64,000 nucleotides of DNA from assembly GCA_963835335.1 (NCBI GenBank), contig CAWIFB010000006.1:72084-136083 (forward strand). Reading direction: 5' to 3'. Shown one piece after another: positions 42,986 through 52,459 of the stretch. How positions within the stretch are numbered: the stretch's first letter is position 1; the number at the start of each line of letters is the position of its first letter. This DNA comes from an uncultured Chloroflexia bacterium. GTDB lineage: Bacteria; Chloroflexota; Limnocylindria; Limnocylindrales; CSP1-4. The position numbers and the translations under genes are program-made. A model generated the notes under the pieces. It worked only from the letters and a program-made list of their open reading frames with translations. It searched no databases and had not been told where the DNA came from.

Positions 42986-45971
42986 TCACGCCGCGGATCC
43001 CGCATCCGGGTCCGCGGCATCGTCCTCGGCACGCGGCAGGCTGAACCCGAACTCGGAGCCGCCGCCCGGCCTGGGTCGTGCCCAGATCCGCCCGCCCATG
43101 GCAGTGATCAGGCCCCGGCAGATGTACAGGCCGATGCCCGAGCCCGCGGTCTTGCGCGCCGTCTCGGGCGACCGGTAGTAGAGCTGGAACAGGCGATCGG
43201 CCTCGTCCGCATCGATCCCGATGCCCCGGTCGAGCACGCGCACCAGCACCTCGCTTGGCGTGGCCTCGGCCGTGATGGTCACGGACGTGCCGGCCCGGCT
43301 GTACTTGGCTGCGTTGGTGATGAGGTTCCGCAGCACCTGCTCGACATAGGTCCGCTCACCCGACACGACCGGGAGGTTCAGCGGAAGGTCGGTCTCGAAC
43401 TCGATCCCGCTCCAGCGGGCGGACTCCGAGGTGATCACGGGATCGATGAGGTACTGGACGAGCAGGGGCTCGCCCTCGATCGTGATCCCCCCTTCGACCC
43501 TGCTCAGGGCGAGCAGATCCTCGACGATCCGGTACAGGCGGTCCGATTCCACCTCGATATGGCGCAGCATGGTCTCCCGCTCGTCCTCGTGGCTGCCCCG
43601 CTGGAGCACCTTCGCGTAGCCGAAGATCGTCGTGATGGGCGTCCGCAGCTCGTGCGACAGGACGCCCAGGAAGGCCTCCTGCGCCGCGGCGGCCTGGCGG
43701 GCGCGGGTCACGTCGCGGAGCACGACGATCCGGGAGGCGGCCTGGCCCCCGTCGAGCGGTGCGCCGGCAGGATCGGCCGCATAGGTCGCCACCTCGAGCC
43801 AGCGCCCGCCGCCGGGCTGGACCGTGATCGGTGGGGCGGGCCCGTCGGCGTCGTCCGCCCCGTCGGCCGCCGGACGCTCCGTCGCCGGCGATGCACTCCA
43901 CGCCCAGCCACGTCTCCAGCTCCCGGATCCGCTCGGGCACCGAGCCGTCGAGGATGTTGAACGCGGCCTCGTTGGCGAGGGTGATCCGGCCCTCCACGTC
44001 GACGACCAGCACGCCGTCTCCCATCGAGCGGATCACGGCCCGCAGCTCCGCCGCCTGTCGCCGTTCATCGCCCGCGATCCGCGCCAGGCGCGCCTGGACA
44101 TCGATGTGGTCGGTCATGTCGCGTGCCGTCAGGATCGCCGTCGGCGACCCGTCCGGGAGGATCACCTCCTGGAGCAGGACATCGACCGGTATCTGCCGGT
44201 CGCCCTGCTGGGCGAGCACATCGGTGTAGGTGAGAACCCGGCCTGGCGACGCCCGAAGGTCCGCCAGGCGCTGGCGGAACCCCGCCTCGTCGGACGAGGC
44301 GAGCAGATCGATGATGGTCCCTTGCTCGACCTCGTCGGGCTCGAGGCCGGCGAGGTCCGCGCCGCCGCGGTTCGCGTAGGTCACGCGGAAGGTCAGCGGG
44401 TCGAACATGTAGACCGCGTCGGCGCTGGCGTCGACGTTCGCCTTGAAGCGCGTCACCGCCGCGAACAGCCGGGTGCGCTCGGCGGCCACCGAGATCCGGT
44501 TCGCGACATCGCGGCCCATGGCCAGGTCGTCCGGGCCAAACGCGTCGGCCGCGCTGCTGCCCAGGACGAGCGAGCCCAGCCGGTCGCCGTGGGCGGTCAG
44601 GATCGGCGCGATCAGCGCGACCACCGTACCCAGCTCCGCCATGACGGCAACCGTCCTGGGGTCGCCGAGCCGCTCCGCCCACCCCTCGTCAAAGCGGACG
44701 ATCTGCGGTTCTGCGGTGGCGTGCTCGCCGGCGAGCGCCGCACCGAGGTCGGACTGGGTCACGACCGCGAGGTGCTCGACCGCACGCTCGGTTGCCGCCG
44801 ACGTCCCTGCGGTCGCCAGGACCTGGTGGTCCGCGTCGATCAGGCTGATCAGGCACCAGTCCGCGAGATCGGGTACGGCCTCCCGCGGCACGGACGACAC
44901 CCCGGCCGTGAAGCTCGAGGCGGACATGATCCGTTCGCTCGCGCGGGCGACGAACGTGAGCCGCACCCCGGCCCGCTCGACGGCACGGAAGGCGAGATGC
45001 TCCTGGTGCCGCGCCAGCGCCCTGTCGAGCGCCACGGCGCCCTGATCGGCGAGCCGCCCCGCCAGGTCCGCTGTTCCGTCGGCGAAGTCGCGGCGGGCCG
45101 CGAACCGGAACACGACGAGACCGACGATCCGCCCCGCGACGCCCAGGGGCAGGACGGCGATCGATCCGCCGGCCGGCGAGCCCGGCAGCCTGTACGGCGG
45201 ACTGTCCGGGTATCGCTCGGCCCACACGGCGGGATCGTCGAGAAAGATGGGCCGGCCAGTGGTCAGGGCGTCGCGCACGTGCGACCGGGGCTCCGGCGTG
45301 TACGTGCCATGTTCCGAACTGAACGGGCCGGCCGACTCGCCGGCCCCATCCGGGTAGCCCCGTGACGCAAGCACGACGAGCGCCGTGGCGTCCGGCTCGT
45401 CCGTGTCGATCCGGAACACCACGCCGGCCAGTGCGCCGAGGGCCCTCAGCCCGCGATCCAGGATCGCGTCGGCAACCTCCTCGGGTGTCGCGGCTCCCGC
45501 CAGGCTTGCTGTCACGGCCTGCAGACGTGCCAACCGTGCCCGGTCCCGCTCGGCGGCCGCTCGCCCCTGCTGCTGCACGATGAGCTGGGCCTCGCCGGCC
45601 TCGCGGGCCGCCTGCTCCTTCACGACCGCCTTGCGCAGCCGCGAGGTGATCATGGACAGCACGATGCCATTCGACACGAACACGGCAAGCTGGAGCGCGG
45701 CGAGCGACGACAGCGGCAGCAGGTGGTCGGTGTTGCTGAACAGGAGCAGGTCGGCGGCCGAGCACGCCGCGGTCGCGAGCAGGCCCCCGCTCGACCCCGC
45801 GATCCAGGCTGCCAGGATGACCGCCGAGACGTAGGTCAGGTAGCCCAGGTTGCCGCCGGTGTCAGCGTTGACCAGCCACTTCAGCGCGATCGCCAGCCCC
45901 GCCACGGCGATCGCGGCAGCGAACCGCAGGCTGTCCTCGGACGGCGACCAGCCCTCCTCGCGCCGGAGCAA
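42986..45971 (-). pseudogene. Large sensor histidine kinase (DUF4118-type membrane domain, two GAF-like segments, two PAS-like segments, HisKA, HATPase) with an apparent frameshift
   Basis: The N-part (ORF 43356..45971, TTG start) runs to ...ERIRELETWLGVECIAGDGASGG. The C-part (ORF 42986..43792 frame) reads GADDADGPAPPITVQPGGGRWLEVATYAA...FLGVLSHELRTPIT...ITNAAKYS...GSGIGLYICRGL. The frames switch at the CCCC run at 43858-43861. Confidence 0.85.
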
Positions 45972-46100
45972 GCGCCGCCCTCAGCGTGGCCGGCTGGTTC
46001 ACGACGGCGCGTTCATCGGATGAGGCGGATTCTGCGTGCATCCGTCCGATTGAGGCATCCCGGCCGTCCGACGTCAAGGTTTCAGGCGCATCTCAGGCGC

Positions 46101-46148
46101 CGATCGAACCCGGATCACGCGGAGCGATCGAACCCGGATCACGCGGAG
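46101..46148. repeat. Perfect 24-bp tandem repeat x2 (CGATCGAACCCGGATCACGCGGAG) followed by a degenerate third unit
   Basis: Units at 46101-46124 and 46125-46148, with the degenerate unit running to about 46172. It lies in the divergent intergenic region between the kinase start (45971) and the next plus-strand gene. Confidence 0.85.
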
Positions 46149-46398
46149 CGATCGCGCGGGCGATCGCGGATCTGTCGCGTTGCGACGGCGTTTTGACGGC
46201 GCACGGACCGGATCGACCCTCGGTGCGATGGCATCTCGGTATCGTGCATGCATGACGCTGACCCGCGCCGGACCAGTCGATGCCCATCCCGGTGGTCGCT
46301 CCGGGACGGGTGGCCGCTGCTGACCCGTGCACCTCTCCCGCGCCGCTCCCACAGCCGATCCGGCCGACCGGCGCCACGCGCCGGCAGGGTGGCTCCGC

Positions 46399-47499
46399 AT
46401 GCGCTCCGGTCCCTTCACGTGGATGAACGGCGACGTCGCGCCACTGCAGGGGATCCAGCGTGCGCACCTCGACCGGCTGACCCGGTCAGGCACCGGCGTG
46501 CACACGGCACAGCGGGACCGATCTGACCCGGGCTCGCGATCCGAGGACATCGCGGGTGCTCTCGAGGTCGACCTGCTCCATGCCGAGACGCTCGGCTGGG
46601 ACGCGATTCGCGCGTCGGCGTGGCGCTCGCTCCGCGACCTCGAGGTCGCGATGGCCGGCGATACCGGGCGCTTCCGCAACCGGCGGGACCGCCACGGGAC
46701 CTGGCTGGACGCGGCAGCGGACGACGCCACGCCGGAGGCGCAGGTCGCGCATGGCCGCGTCATCCTCGGACTGGGTGAGGCAAGCCGGCGCTGCCCCGAT
46801 CGGGCGTTCCGGGAGGCGGTGGCGGCGCTGCTCGACCGGGCTGCGTCGTGGACCACGGGCCTGACCGGGCTGCGCGCCTCGTCCGCCGCACTCCTGGGCT
46901 GCGACGCCGCCCGGCGGGCTGGCATCGACCAGGCCGCCGCGCCGGAGCGGCACCTGGTACCCGTGCTCGCCGACCACTTCGAGCGCGTCGCCTGGTCGCT
47001 CGACTGGCCCTGGCCGGAGCCCATCCTGACGCAGGAGTCGGCGATCAGCGCCCGCGCCCTCATCGTCGCCGGGCGGCGGATCGCCGACCAGCGGATGGTC
47101 GACATGGGTCTCGCCGTCCTGGAGTGGCTCGTCCGAACTGCGGTCGCACCGCGCGGGCACCTGTCACCGGTCGGCAACGGCGGCTGGTGGCCGCAGGGAG
47201 GGGCGCGTGCGCACTTCGACCAGCTGCCCACCGAGCCCGCGTCCATCCTGCTCGCGGCCGAGACGGCGTTCCTTGCCACCGGGGACCGTCACCACCTTCA
47301 TGACATGGAGCGGGCGTACGGCTGGTTCCTGGGCGCCAATGACCTCGATGTGGAGGTCGCGGATCCGGAGCGGGGCGGCTGTCGCGATGGGCTGGGGTCG
47401 CAGGGCTGCAGCCTGGACCAGTCCGCAGCGTCAACCGTCGCCTGGCTGACTGCCCTCGAGCATATCCGCCGAGTCCGCCGGAGATGGCCGGAGGGCTGA
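46399..47499 (+). CDS. Hypothetical protein, possibly an (alpha/alpha)6-barrel glycosidase-like fold
   Basis: The sequence is protein-like throughout (FTWMNGDVAPLQG, WPWPEPILTQESAISARALI, GGCRDGLGSQGCSLDQSAASTVAWLTALEHI). The fold assignment rests on resemblance only. The start could be ATG 46399 or GTG 46327. Confidence 0.5.
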   Translation: MRSGPFTWMNGDVAPLQGIQRAHLDRLTRSGTGVHTAQRDRSDPGSRSEDIAGALEVDLLHAETLGWDAIRASAWRSLRDLEVAMAGDTGRFRNRRDRHGTWLDAAADDATPEAQVAHGRVILGLGEASRRCPDRAFREAVAALLDRAASWTTGLTGLRASSAALLGCDAARRAGIDQAAAPERHLVPVLADHFERVAWSLDWPWPEPILTQESAISARALIVAGRRIADQRMVDMGLAVLEWLVRTAVAPRGHLSPVGNGGWWPQGGARAHFDQLPTEPASILLAAETAFLATGDRHHLHDMERAYGWFLGANDLDVEVADPERGGCRDGLGSQGCSLDQSAASTVAWLTALEHIRRVRRRWPEG

Positions 47500-48045
47500 C
47501 ACGAGGGCGGATCCCTCGTTCCGGAGCCCCTCGGCGGGCGTATCGAAGGTGTCCGCCGTGATCAGCTGCCGGACCGCGTCGAGGAGGTCCACTGCCTCGA
47601 CGTCGGCCCGCGGCATGGTCGGGTTCACCGCCGGCCCGCGAGGTCCGATGGAGACGACCGTGAGGCCCGCGCGGCGCCCGGACGCCACGCTCGACTGGAG
47701 CGACGTGATGAGCGTGTCTGCGTCCCACGTTGCCTGCAGCGTTGCCCAGGGCTCGGTCGGGTCGGGCTGATCACCGTCACCCAGGCCGGCTTCGTCCTCG
47801 ATTGCGGCGATGAGGCGCCCGGAACCACCCAGGCCGGCACGCACCCAGTCGATCCGGTCCTGCCGGTCGCCCGGCAGCCGCCTGCCGGCAAGCTCCGCGC
47901 CGACCAGGATCACCGGCTCGCCCAGCCACGCGAGGCGCTCCAGCGCCAGGCAGGCACCCGCGAGCGGACGCGGATCACCTGCGCCATCGGAGAACAGCAC
48001 GGCGGCCTCGACCAGGATCCGCCGGCGACTGCCGGCCTTCCTCAA
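47431..48045 (-). CDS. Hypothetical protein (degenerate HAD-like appearance)
   Basis: TTG 48045 lies 7 nt after GGAGGA, which directly follows the response-regulator stop. ILVEAAVLFSDGAG...LTVVSIGPRG. Its 3' end overlaps the convergent gene by 69 nt. Confidence 0.4.
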   Translation of the reverse strand: MRKAGSRRRILVEAAVLFSDGAGDPRPLAGACLALERLAWLGEPVILVGAELAGRRLPGDRQDRIDWVRAGLGGSGRLIAAIEDEAGLGDGDQPDPTEPWATLQATWDADTLITSLQSSVASGRRAGLTVVSIGPRGPAVNPTMPRADVEAVDLLDAVRQLITADTFDTPAEGLRNEGSALVSALRPSPADSADMLEGSQPGDG

Positions 48046-48058
48046 CCGCCCGTCCTCC

Positions 48059-48871
48059 TCAATCGGCCGCCCTGGCGGACGCGGCTGCGGCAGGGGCATG
48101 CTCGTCTGCGGAGACCTGCTCCGTTGCGGCGACCGCCTCATCCTCGGCGACCTGCTCGGTGGGCGGGTCCAGCGGCGGTGCCGGATCGACGTTCAGGACG
48201 TACCCGATGCCCTGGTAGGTCGTGATCGGGCCCGGCTCGCCCGGTGCCGCCCCCAGCTTCCGCCGGATCCGGCTTACCCAGACGCGCAGGTACTGCATGT
48301 CGTCGCGATACTCGGGCCCCCAGACCTTGGTCAGCAGCTCCGTGTGGAGGACGACCTTGCCGGCGTTCGTGGCCAGGTGCTGGAGCAGGAGCCACTCGGT
48401 CCGCGAGAGCTGCACCAGCTCGCCGCCACGCGTCATGAACCGTCGCTCCAGGTCGATCTCGATATCGCCGATATGGATGACGCCGCGGCCGGCCGTCACG
48501 CCGGACGAGCGCCGGAGCACGGCGCGGACCCGGGCGGCCAGCTCGTCGGGGTGGAACGGCTTGGCGATGTAGTCGTCTGCGCCGAGGTCGAGGCCGCGGG
48601 CCTTGTCCGCCGTCGAACCCTTGGCCGTCAGCAGGATCACGGGCACCGGCCGGAACTCGCGCAGCTGGCTCATGACCTCGATGCCGTCGAGATCGGCCAT
48701 GACGATGTCCAGCAGCACGATGTCGGGGCGGTACTCCTCGGCCATCGAGAGCGCCTCCTCGCCACTGGACGCTGTGATGACCCGGAGCCCTTCGTCCGCG
48801 AGGGTGATGGCGACGAGCTTGGTGATCCTCGGCTCATCGTCCGCAACGAGCACGAGTAGCGGGTTCTTCAT
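48059..48871 (-). CDS. OmpR-family response regulator, KdpE-like
   Basis: Receiver domain LVLVADDEPRI...DIVLLDIVMADLDG...DDYIAKPF. Effector domain LSRTEWLLLQHLATNAGKVVLHTELLTKVWGPEYRDDMQYLRVWVSRIRRKL. Confidence 0.9.
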   Translation of the reverse strand: MKNPLLVLVADDEPRITKLVAITLADEGLRVITASSGEEALSMAEEYRPDIVLLDIVMADLDGIEVMSQLREFRPVPVILLTAKGSTADKARGLDLGADDYIAKPFHPDELAARVRAVLRRSSGVTAGRGVIHIGDIEIDLERRFMTRGGELVQLSRTEWLLLQHLATNAGKVVLHTELLTKVWGPEYRDDMQYLRVWVSRIRRKLGAAPGEPGPITTYQGIGYVLNVDPAPPLDPPTEQVAEDEAVAATEQVSADEHAPAAAASARAAD

Positions 48872-48957
48872 CCGGACACCTGGTGCGAGTTGGGATCTCT
48901 GGAGCGCGCGCCCGATCAGGGCCGGGCAATTCCCCCCTGATGATGCACCGCCGCGTG

Positions 48958-48979
48958 CGTCGCCTACGCGTACGCGACG
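48958..48979. promoter_or_regulatory. 22-bp near-perfect palindrome CGTCGCcTACGCGTAcGCGACG
   Basis: It lies between the response-regulator start (48871) and the DUF6582-like stop (49056). It could be an operator or an RNA hairpin. Confidence 0.35.
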
Positions 48980-49055
48980 GCCGGAGAGATTGCGTCCGCA
49001 TTACGACTGGGCAGCTCGGCCCGGGACCGCGACAGCGGAGACAGCGAGGGACCGG

Positions 49056-49361
49056 TCAGTCGTCCTTTCGTCCGCCACGCGGGCCGGCCTTCGTGCTCGC
49101 GGCCCGCAGCGACGTCGTTCGCCTGGCGATCTTGTCGTCCGGGTCGACCTCGATGTCGAACCTCCTGGCCGCATCCAGGATCTTGCGACGAGCCCGCTCC
49201 TTCGCCGCCTTGCTCTCGAACTCGGTCTGGTTGAACCGGGCGATGGCGTTCCGGACATGGGACGCGTCATTGATCGGCAGGTGCTCCTCGCCGTCCGAGT
49301 CGACGTAGGCGAACTGGCTGCTGCGCAATCGATCCCGGGCCTTGGTGTCGAGCTCAGGCAC
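49056..49361 (-). CDS. DUF6582-like small protein
   Basis: GAAGGAGGTG RBS plus GTG 49361. FAYVDSDGEEHLPINDASHVRNAIARFNQTEF is the family hallmark as I recall it. Confidence 0.7.
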   Translation of the reverse strand: MPELDTKARDRLRSSQFAYVDSDGEEHLPINDASHVRNAIARFNQTEFESKAAKERARRKILDAARRFDIEVDPDDKIARRTTSLRAASTKAGPRGGRKDD

Positions 49362-49517
49362 GCCACACCTCCTTCATCAGCCGCTGCCCTCGGAGTTGGG
49401 ACGAGGGCAGCGGCCGGACACTCATCCTCCACCGGCCAGGGAGCCACCCGCGTGTGCGGGACGTCCAACCTGCTTGCAGGTCCATATCGACACCTCGCGC
49501 GCCGGCCCGCCGGGCGA

Positions 49518-50801
49518 TCAGGCCACGTAGGCGATCGTCTGCGGCCCCTGTGGCAGGACGCAGATCCGGGTGTCCGGGTCCTGGCGCAACAGCCGGGCGA
49601 CCGCCTCGCCGACGTCGGGGATCGGCTCGAGGTGGGCGGCGCGAACGGCGTCGTCGGTCAGGCCGTCGCACCGGAGCAGGACATCGGCCTTGGCCTGGAC
49701 GCGGGCCTGGATCTGGACCTGCCACTGGTCGGGGATCGTGACCGGCGAGGCGGCGATCCGGTCGAGCAGCTCGGCCGGCGACCGGCCCTGGTGCAGCAGC
49801 TGCCCGTACGAGCCGTGGTCCGGCAGCCCGTCCCGGCATTCCGCCGCGCAGATGATGGTGCCGCCAGGTCTCACGATCTCGGCGGCGGCCGACATTCCCT
49901 TGATCGCCTGGTACAGGTTCTGGTCGAGCGGGTAGCCGCTGTTGGTGGTGATCACGACATCGAACGGCGCCCGGACGGGCCGCATCGCGTCCCGCCGCGC
50001 CGCGGCACAGGCGGCGGCGTGCATCGGCAGCGTGCTGCCGGCGAAGGCGCTGGTGATCCGCTGCTCTTCGTTGAGGAGGACGTCCAGCGAGAAGTCGACG
50101 CCGGTCGCCGTGGTGATCGCGCGAACGGCGTCATGGACCGGGTTCCCCTCGATGACGCCCCAGGTCGCGTTCGGGTGACCGATCCGCCGGGCGTTGTGGA
50201 GCGCGAGCGTGGTCTCGAGCCCGGCCAGGCCGGGGGCGACCATCTTCGGACCGCCGCTGAACCCGGCAAAGAAGTGCGGCTCCACGAACCCGGTCGTGAT
50301 CCGCAGGTCCGCATCGACCCACGCGCGGGTCAGGAGGACCGGCACGTCATCGACCATGCCGAGATCGACCAGGCTCGACCGATCGCGGGCATCGTGATCG
50401 ATGACCCGCCAGGTGCCGATCACGTCATCGCCCAGCATCTCGCGCCGCTCCCGGGTCGTCGATGCACGATGCGTCCCCGTGGCGACCAGGACGACGACGT
50501 CCTCCGGCCGGACCACGCCGTCGAGGACCTCCATGATCGCCCGCAGCATCAGCGGCCGCGGCTGGGGCCGGGTCACGTCGCAGACCGAGATCGCCACGCG
50601 CTGCCCCGGTCGCACGAGGTCGCGGAGCCTCGGCCCGGCAACCGGCTTCTCGATCGCGGTCCGGAGCACCGCCAGCGGGTCGGGCGCCGCCTCGCGCGGT
50701 CGCGGCGCGATGACGGTCGTGGCCGCGGCCGGTAGCCGGACCGACATGCCCGTCGACCCGTAGGCCAGGTCGACGTCGATCGTGTCGCTGCCAGCCGGCA
50801 C
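49518..50801 (-). CDS. larA: LarA-family nickel-pincer-dependent 2-hydroxyacid racemase/epimerase (lactate racemase-like, DUF2088)
   Basis: Signature residues are retained: LVATGTHRAS, VEPHFFAGFSGGPKMV (the cofactor-tethering Lys) and IEGNPVHDA. GTG 50801 lies 4 nt after the upstream stop. Confidence 0.85.
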   Translation of the reverse strand: MPAGSDTIDVDLAYGSTGMSVRLPAAATTVIAPRPREAAPDPLAVLRTAIEKPVAGPRLRDLVRPGQRVAISVCDVTRPQPRPLMLRAIMEVLDGVVRPEDVVVLVATGTHRASTTRERREMLGDDVIGTWRVIDHDARDRSSLVDLGMVDDVPVLLTRAWVDADLRITTGFVEPHFFAGFSGGPKMVAPGLAGLETTLALHNARRIGHPNATWGVIEGNPVHDAVRAITTATGVDFSLDVLLNEEQRITSAFAGSTLPMHAAACAAARRDAMRPVRAPFDVVITTNSGYPLDQNLYQAIKGMSAAAEIVRPGGTIICAAECRDGLPDHGSYGQLLHQGRSPAELLDRIAASPVTIPDQWQVQIQARVQAKADVLLRCDGLTDDAVRAAHLEPIPDVGEAVARLLRQDPDTRICVLPQGPQTIAYVA

Positions 50802-50805
50802 CGGC

Positions 50806-51678
50806 TCAGTCGCCGTCCACGCGGCAGCGGTTGGCCAGCCGCCCGATGCCCGTGATGTCCACGATCACCTCGTCGCCATCGCCCAGGAACCGAGGCGGAT
50901 CGCGGAAGACGCCGACGCCGCCCGGCGTCCCGGTCGCGATGACGTCGCCTGGCTCGAGGGTCATGAACCGCGAGCAGAACGCGATCAGGTGTGGGACGTC
51001 GTGGACCATCTCGGAGGTGCCGGCGTCCTGGAGGACCTCGCCGTTCACCAGGCAGCGGATGCGCAACGCACCCGGATCCGGCAGCTCATCGCGGGTGACG
51101 ATCCACGGCCCCAGCGGGCAGAACGTATCGAGGCTCTTGCCGCGCACCCACTGGCCATCCCCGAACTGCAGGTCGCGGGCCGAGATGTCATTGAGACAGG
51201 TATACCCGAGGACGTGATCGAGCGCCCGATCGGCCGGGACATCGCGGGCGGTCCGGCCGATCACCACGGCGAGCTCGGCCTCGTAGTCGACCTGTGCGGC
51301 GTCGTTCGCTCGCCACGTGATGTGGGCGCGGTCGCCGACGAGGGCGTTGGGCAGCTTCGCGAACAGGACCGGGTCGGCGGGTGCCGTCCTGCCTTCCTCG
51401 GCGGCGTGATCGTGATAATTGCGGCCGACGGCGATGATCTTGCCCGGCCGCGTGACCGGAGGCAGGAGGACGACGTCCGCCAGGGCACGGGCCGGCATCG
51501 GAAGACCCGTCGCGATCGCCCCCGCGACCGATGCCAGCGTTCCGTCCACGTCCGCCAGCAGACGGGCCATCGTCCACGGCCCGGCGCCGAGCAGGTCGTC
51601 CACGTCGACGACCGCGTCGCCCGGGGCAACCACGGCAAGTCGGTCGCCGTCCGGCGTCGCCCGGCTCAGCAGCCGCAC
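50806..51678 (-). CDS. Fumarylacetoacetate hydrolase (FAH) family protein, candidate 2,4-diketo-3-deoxy-L-fuconate hydrolase
   Basis: GTG 51678. KIIAVGRNYHDHAAE, VDYEAELAVVIG, GYTCLNDISARDLQ, LEPGDVIATGTPGGVG. Confidence 0.9.
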   Translation of the reverse strand: MRLLSRATPDGDRLAVVAPGDAVVDVDDLLGAGPWTMARLLADVDGTLASVAGAIATGLPMPARALADVVLLPPVTRPGKIIAVGRNYHDHAAEEGRTAPADPVLFAKLPNALVGDRAHITWRANDAAQVDYEAELAVVIGRTARDVPADRALDHVLGYTCLNDISARDLQFGDGQWVRGKSLDTFCPLGPWIVTRDELPDPGALRIRCLVNGEVLQDAGTSEMVHDVPHLIAFCSRFMTLEPGDVIATGTPGGVGVFRDPPRFLGDGDEVIVDITGIGRLANRCRVDGD

Positions 51679-51685
51679 GGGCCCC

Positions 51686-52459
51686 TCACTTGGCACCCCG
51701 GACGCCGCCGTCCACGAACAGGCCCGACCCGAGCACGAACCGCGATTCGTCCGAGGCCAGGTACAGCGCGGCCGCGGCGACATCCTCGGGGCGCCCCAGG
51801 TCCCCGGTCAGCTGGCGCTTCTTGAGCACCTCGAGGCCAGCAACCGGATCGTCGTAGCTGCTCTCCAGGTAGCGATCGACGAACGGTGTATGGATCGTCC
51901 CGGGCAGCAGCGCGTTGACGCGGATCCCGTGACTGGCGTAGTCGGCCTGCATCTGGCGGGTCAGGGCGAGGACCGCTCCCTTGGAGGCGGCATACGAGGC
52001 GCGGTTGGCGAGGCCGATCTCGGCGATCGTCGAGGACATGTTGATGATGGAGCCGCGGCCGGCCGCGATCATCGACGGCAGGACGGCGCGGGCGATCAGG
52101 AAGACCCCGCGCACGTTGACGGCCATCACCCGGTCCCACAGCTCGACCGAGGTCTCGTGGAGCACGCCCACGCCCGCGATGCCGGCGTTGTTGAACAGCA
52201 CGTCGATCGCCCCGAACCGCTCGACGACCGCGGCGGCCAGCCGCTCGCCGTCATCCGGGTCGGTGACGTCCACGCGGAAGTCGGCCGCGATCCCGCCGGC
52301 CTCGGTGATCAGACGAGTGGTCTCGTGCGCCGCGGAACGATCGATGTCCGCGACAGCGACGCGCGACCCCTCGGCCGCGAACATGAGCGCGGACGCTCGC
52401 CCGATGCCCGACCCGGCGCCCGTGATCAGGCTGACCTTGTCCGCGAGCCGCCCGCTCAT
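51686..52459 (-). CDS. Short-chain dehydrogenase/reductase, candidate 2-keto-3-deoxy-L-fuconate dehydrogenase
   Basis: ATG 52459 overlaps the fucD stop (ATGA). TGAGSGIG, NNAG, S...YAASK catalytic triad region, PGTIHTP. Confidence 0.9.
   Translation of the reverse strand: MSGRLADKVSLITGAGSGIGRASALMFAAEGSRVAVADIDRSAAHETTRLITEAGGIAADFRVDVTDPDDGERLAAAVVERFGAIDVLFNNAGIAGVGVLHETSVELWDRVMAVNVRGVFLIARAVLPSMIAAGRGSIINMSSTIAEIGLANRASYAASKGAVLALTRQMQADYASHGIRVNALLPGTIHTPFVDRYLESSYDDPVAGLEVLKKRQLTGDLGRPEDVAAAALYLASDESRFVLGSGLFVDGGVRGAK

Noticed and set aside
21761-46172. The short tandem repeats (19, 21-22, 18 and 24 bp) as possible CRISPR arrays.
   Set aside because: The units are directly adjacent with no unique spacers, there are only 2-3 copies, and no cas genes are present.
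42986-48871. Annotating the kinase and regulator as KdpD/KdpE.
   Set aside because: The kinase lacks the KdpD N-terminal sensor domain, the two genes are not adjacent, and no kdpFABC genes are present in the window.
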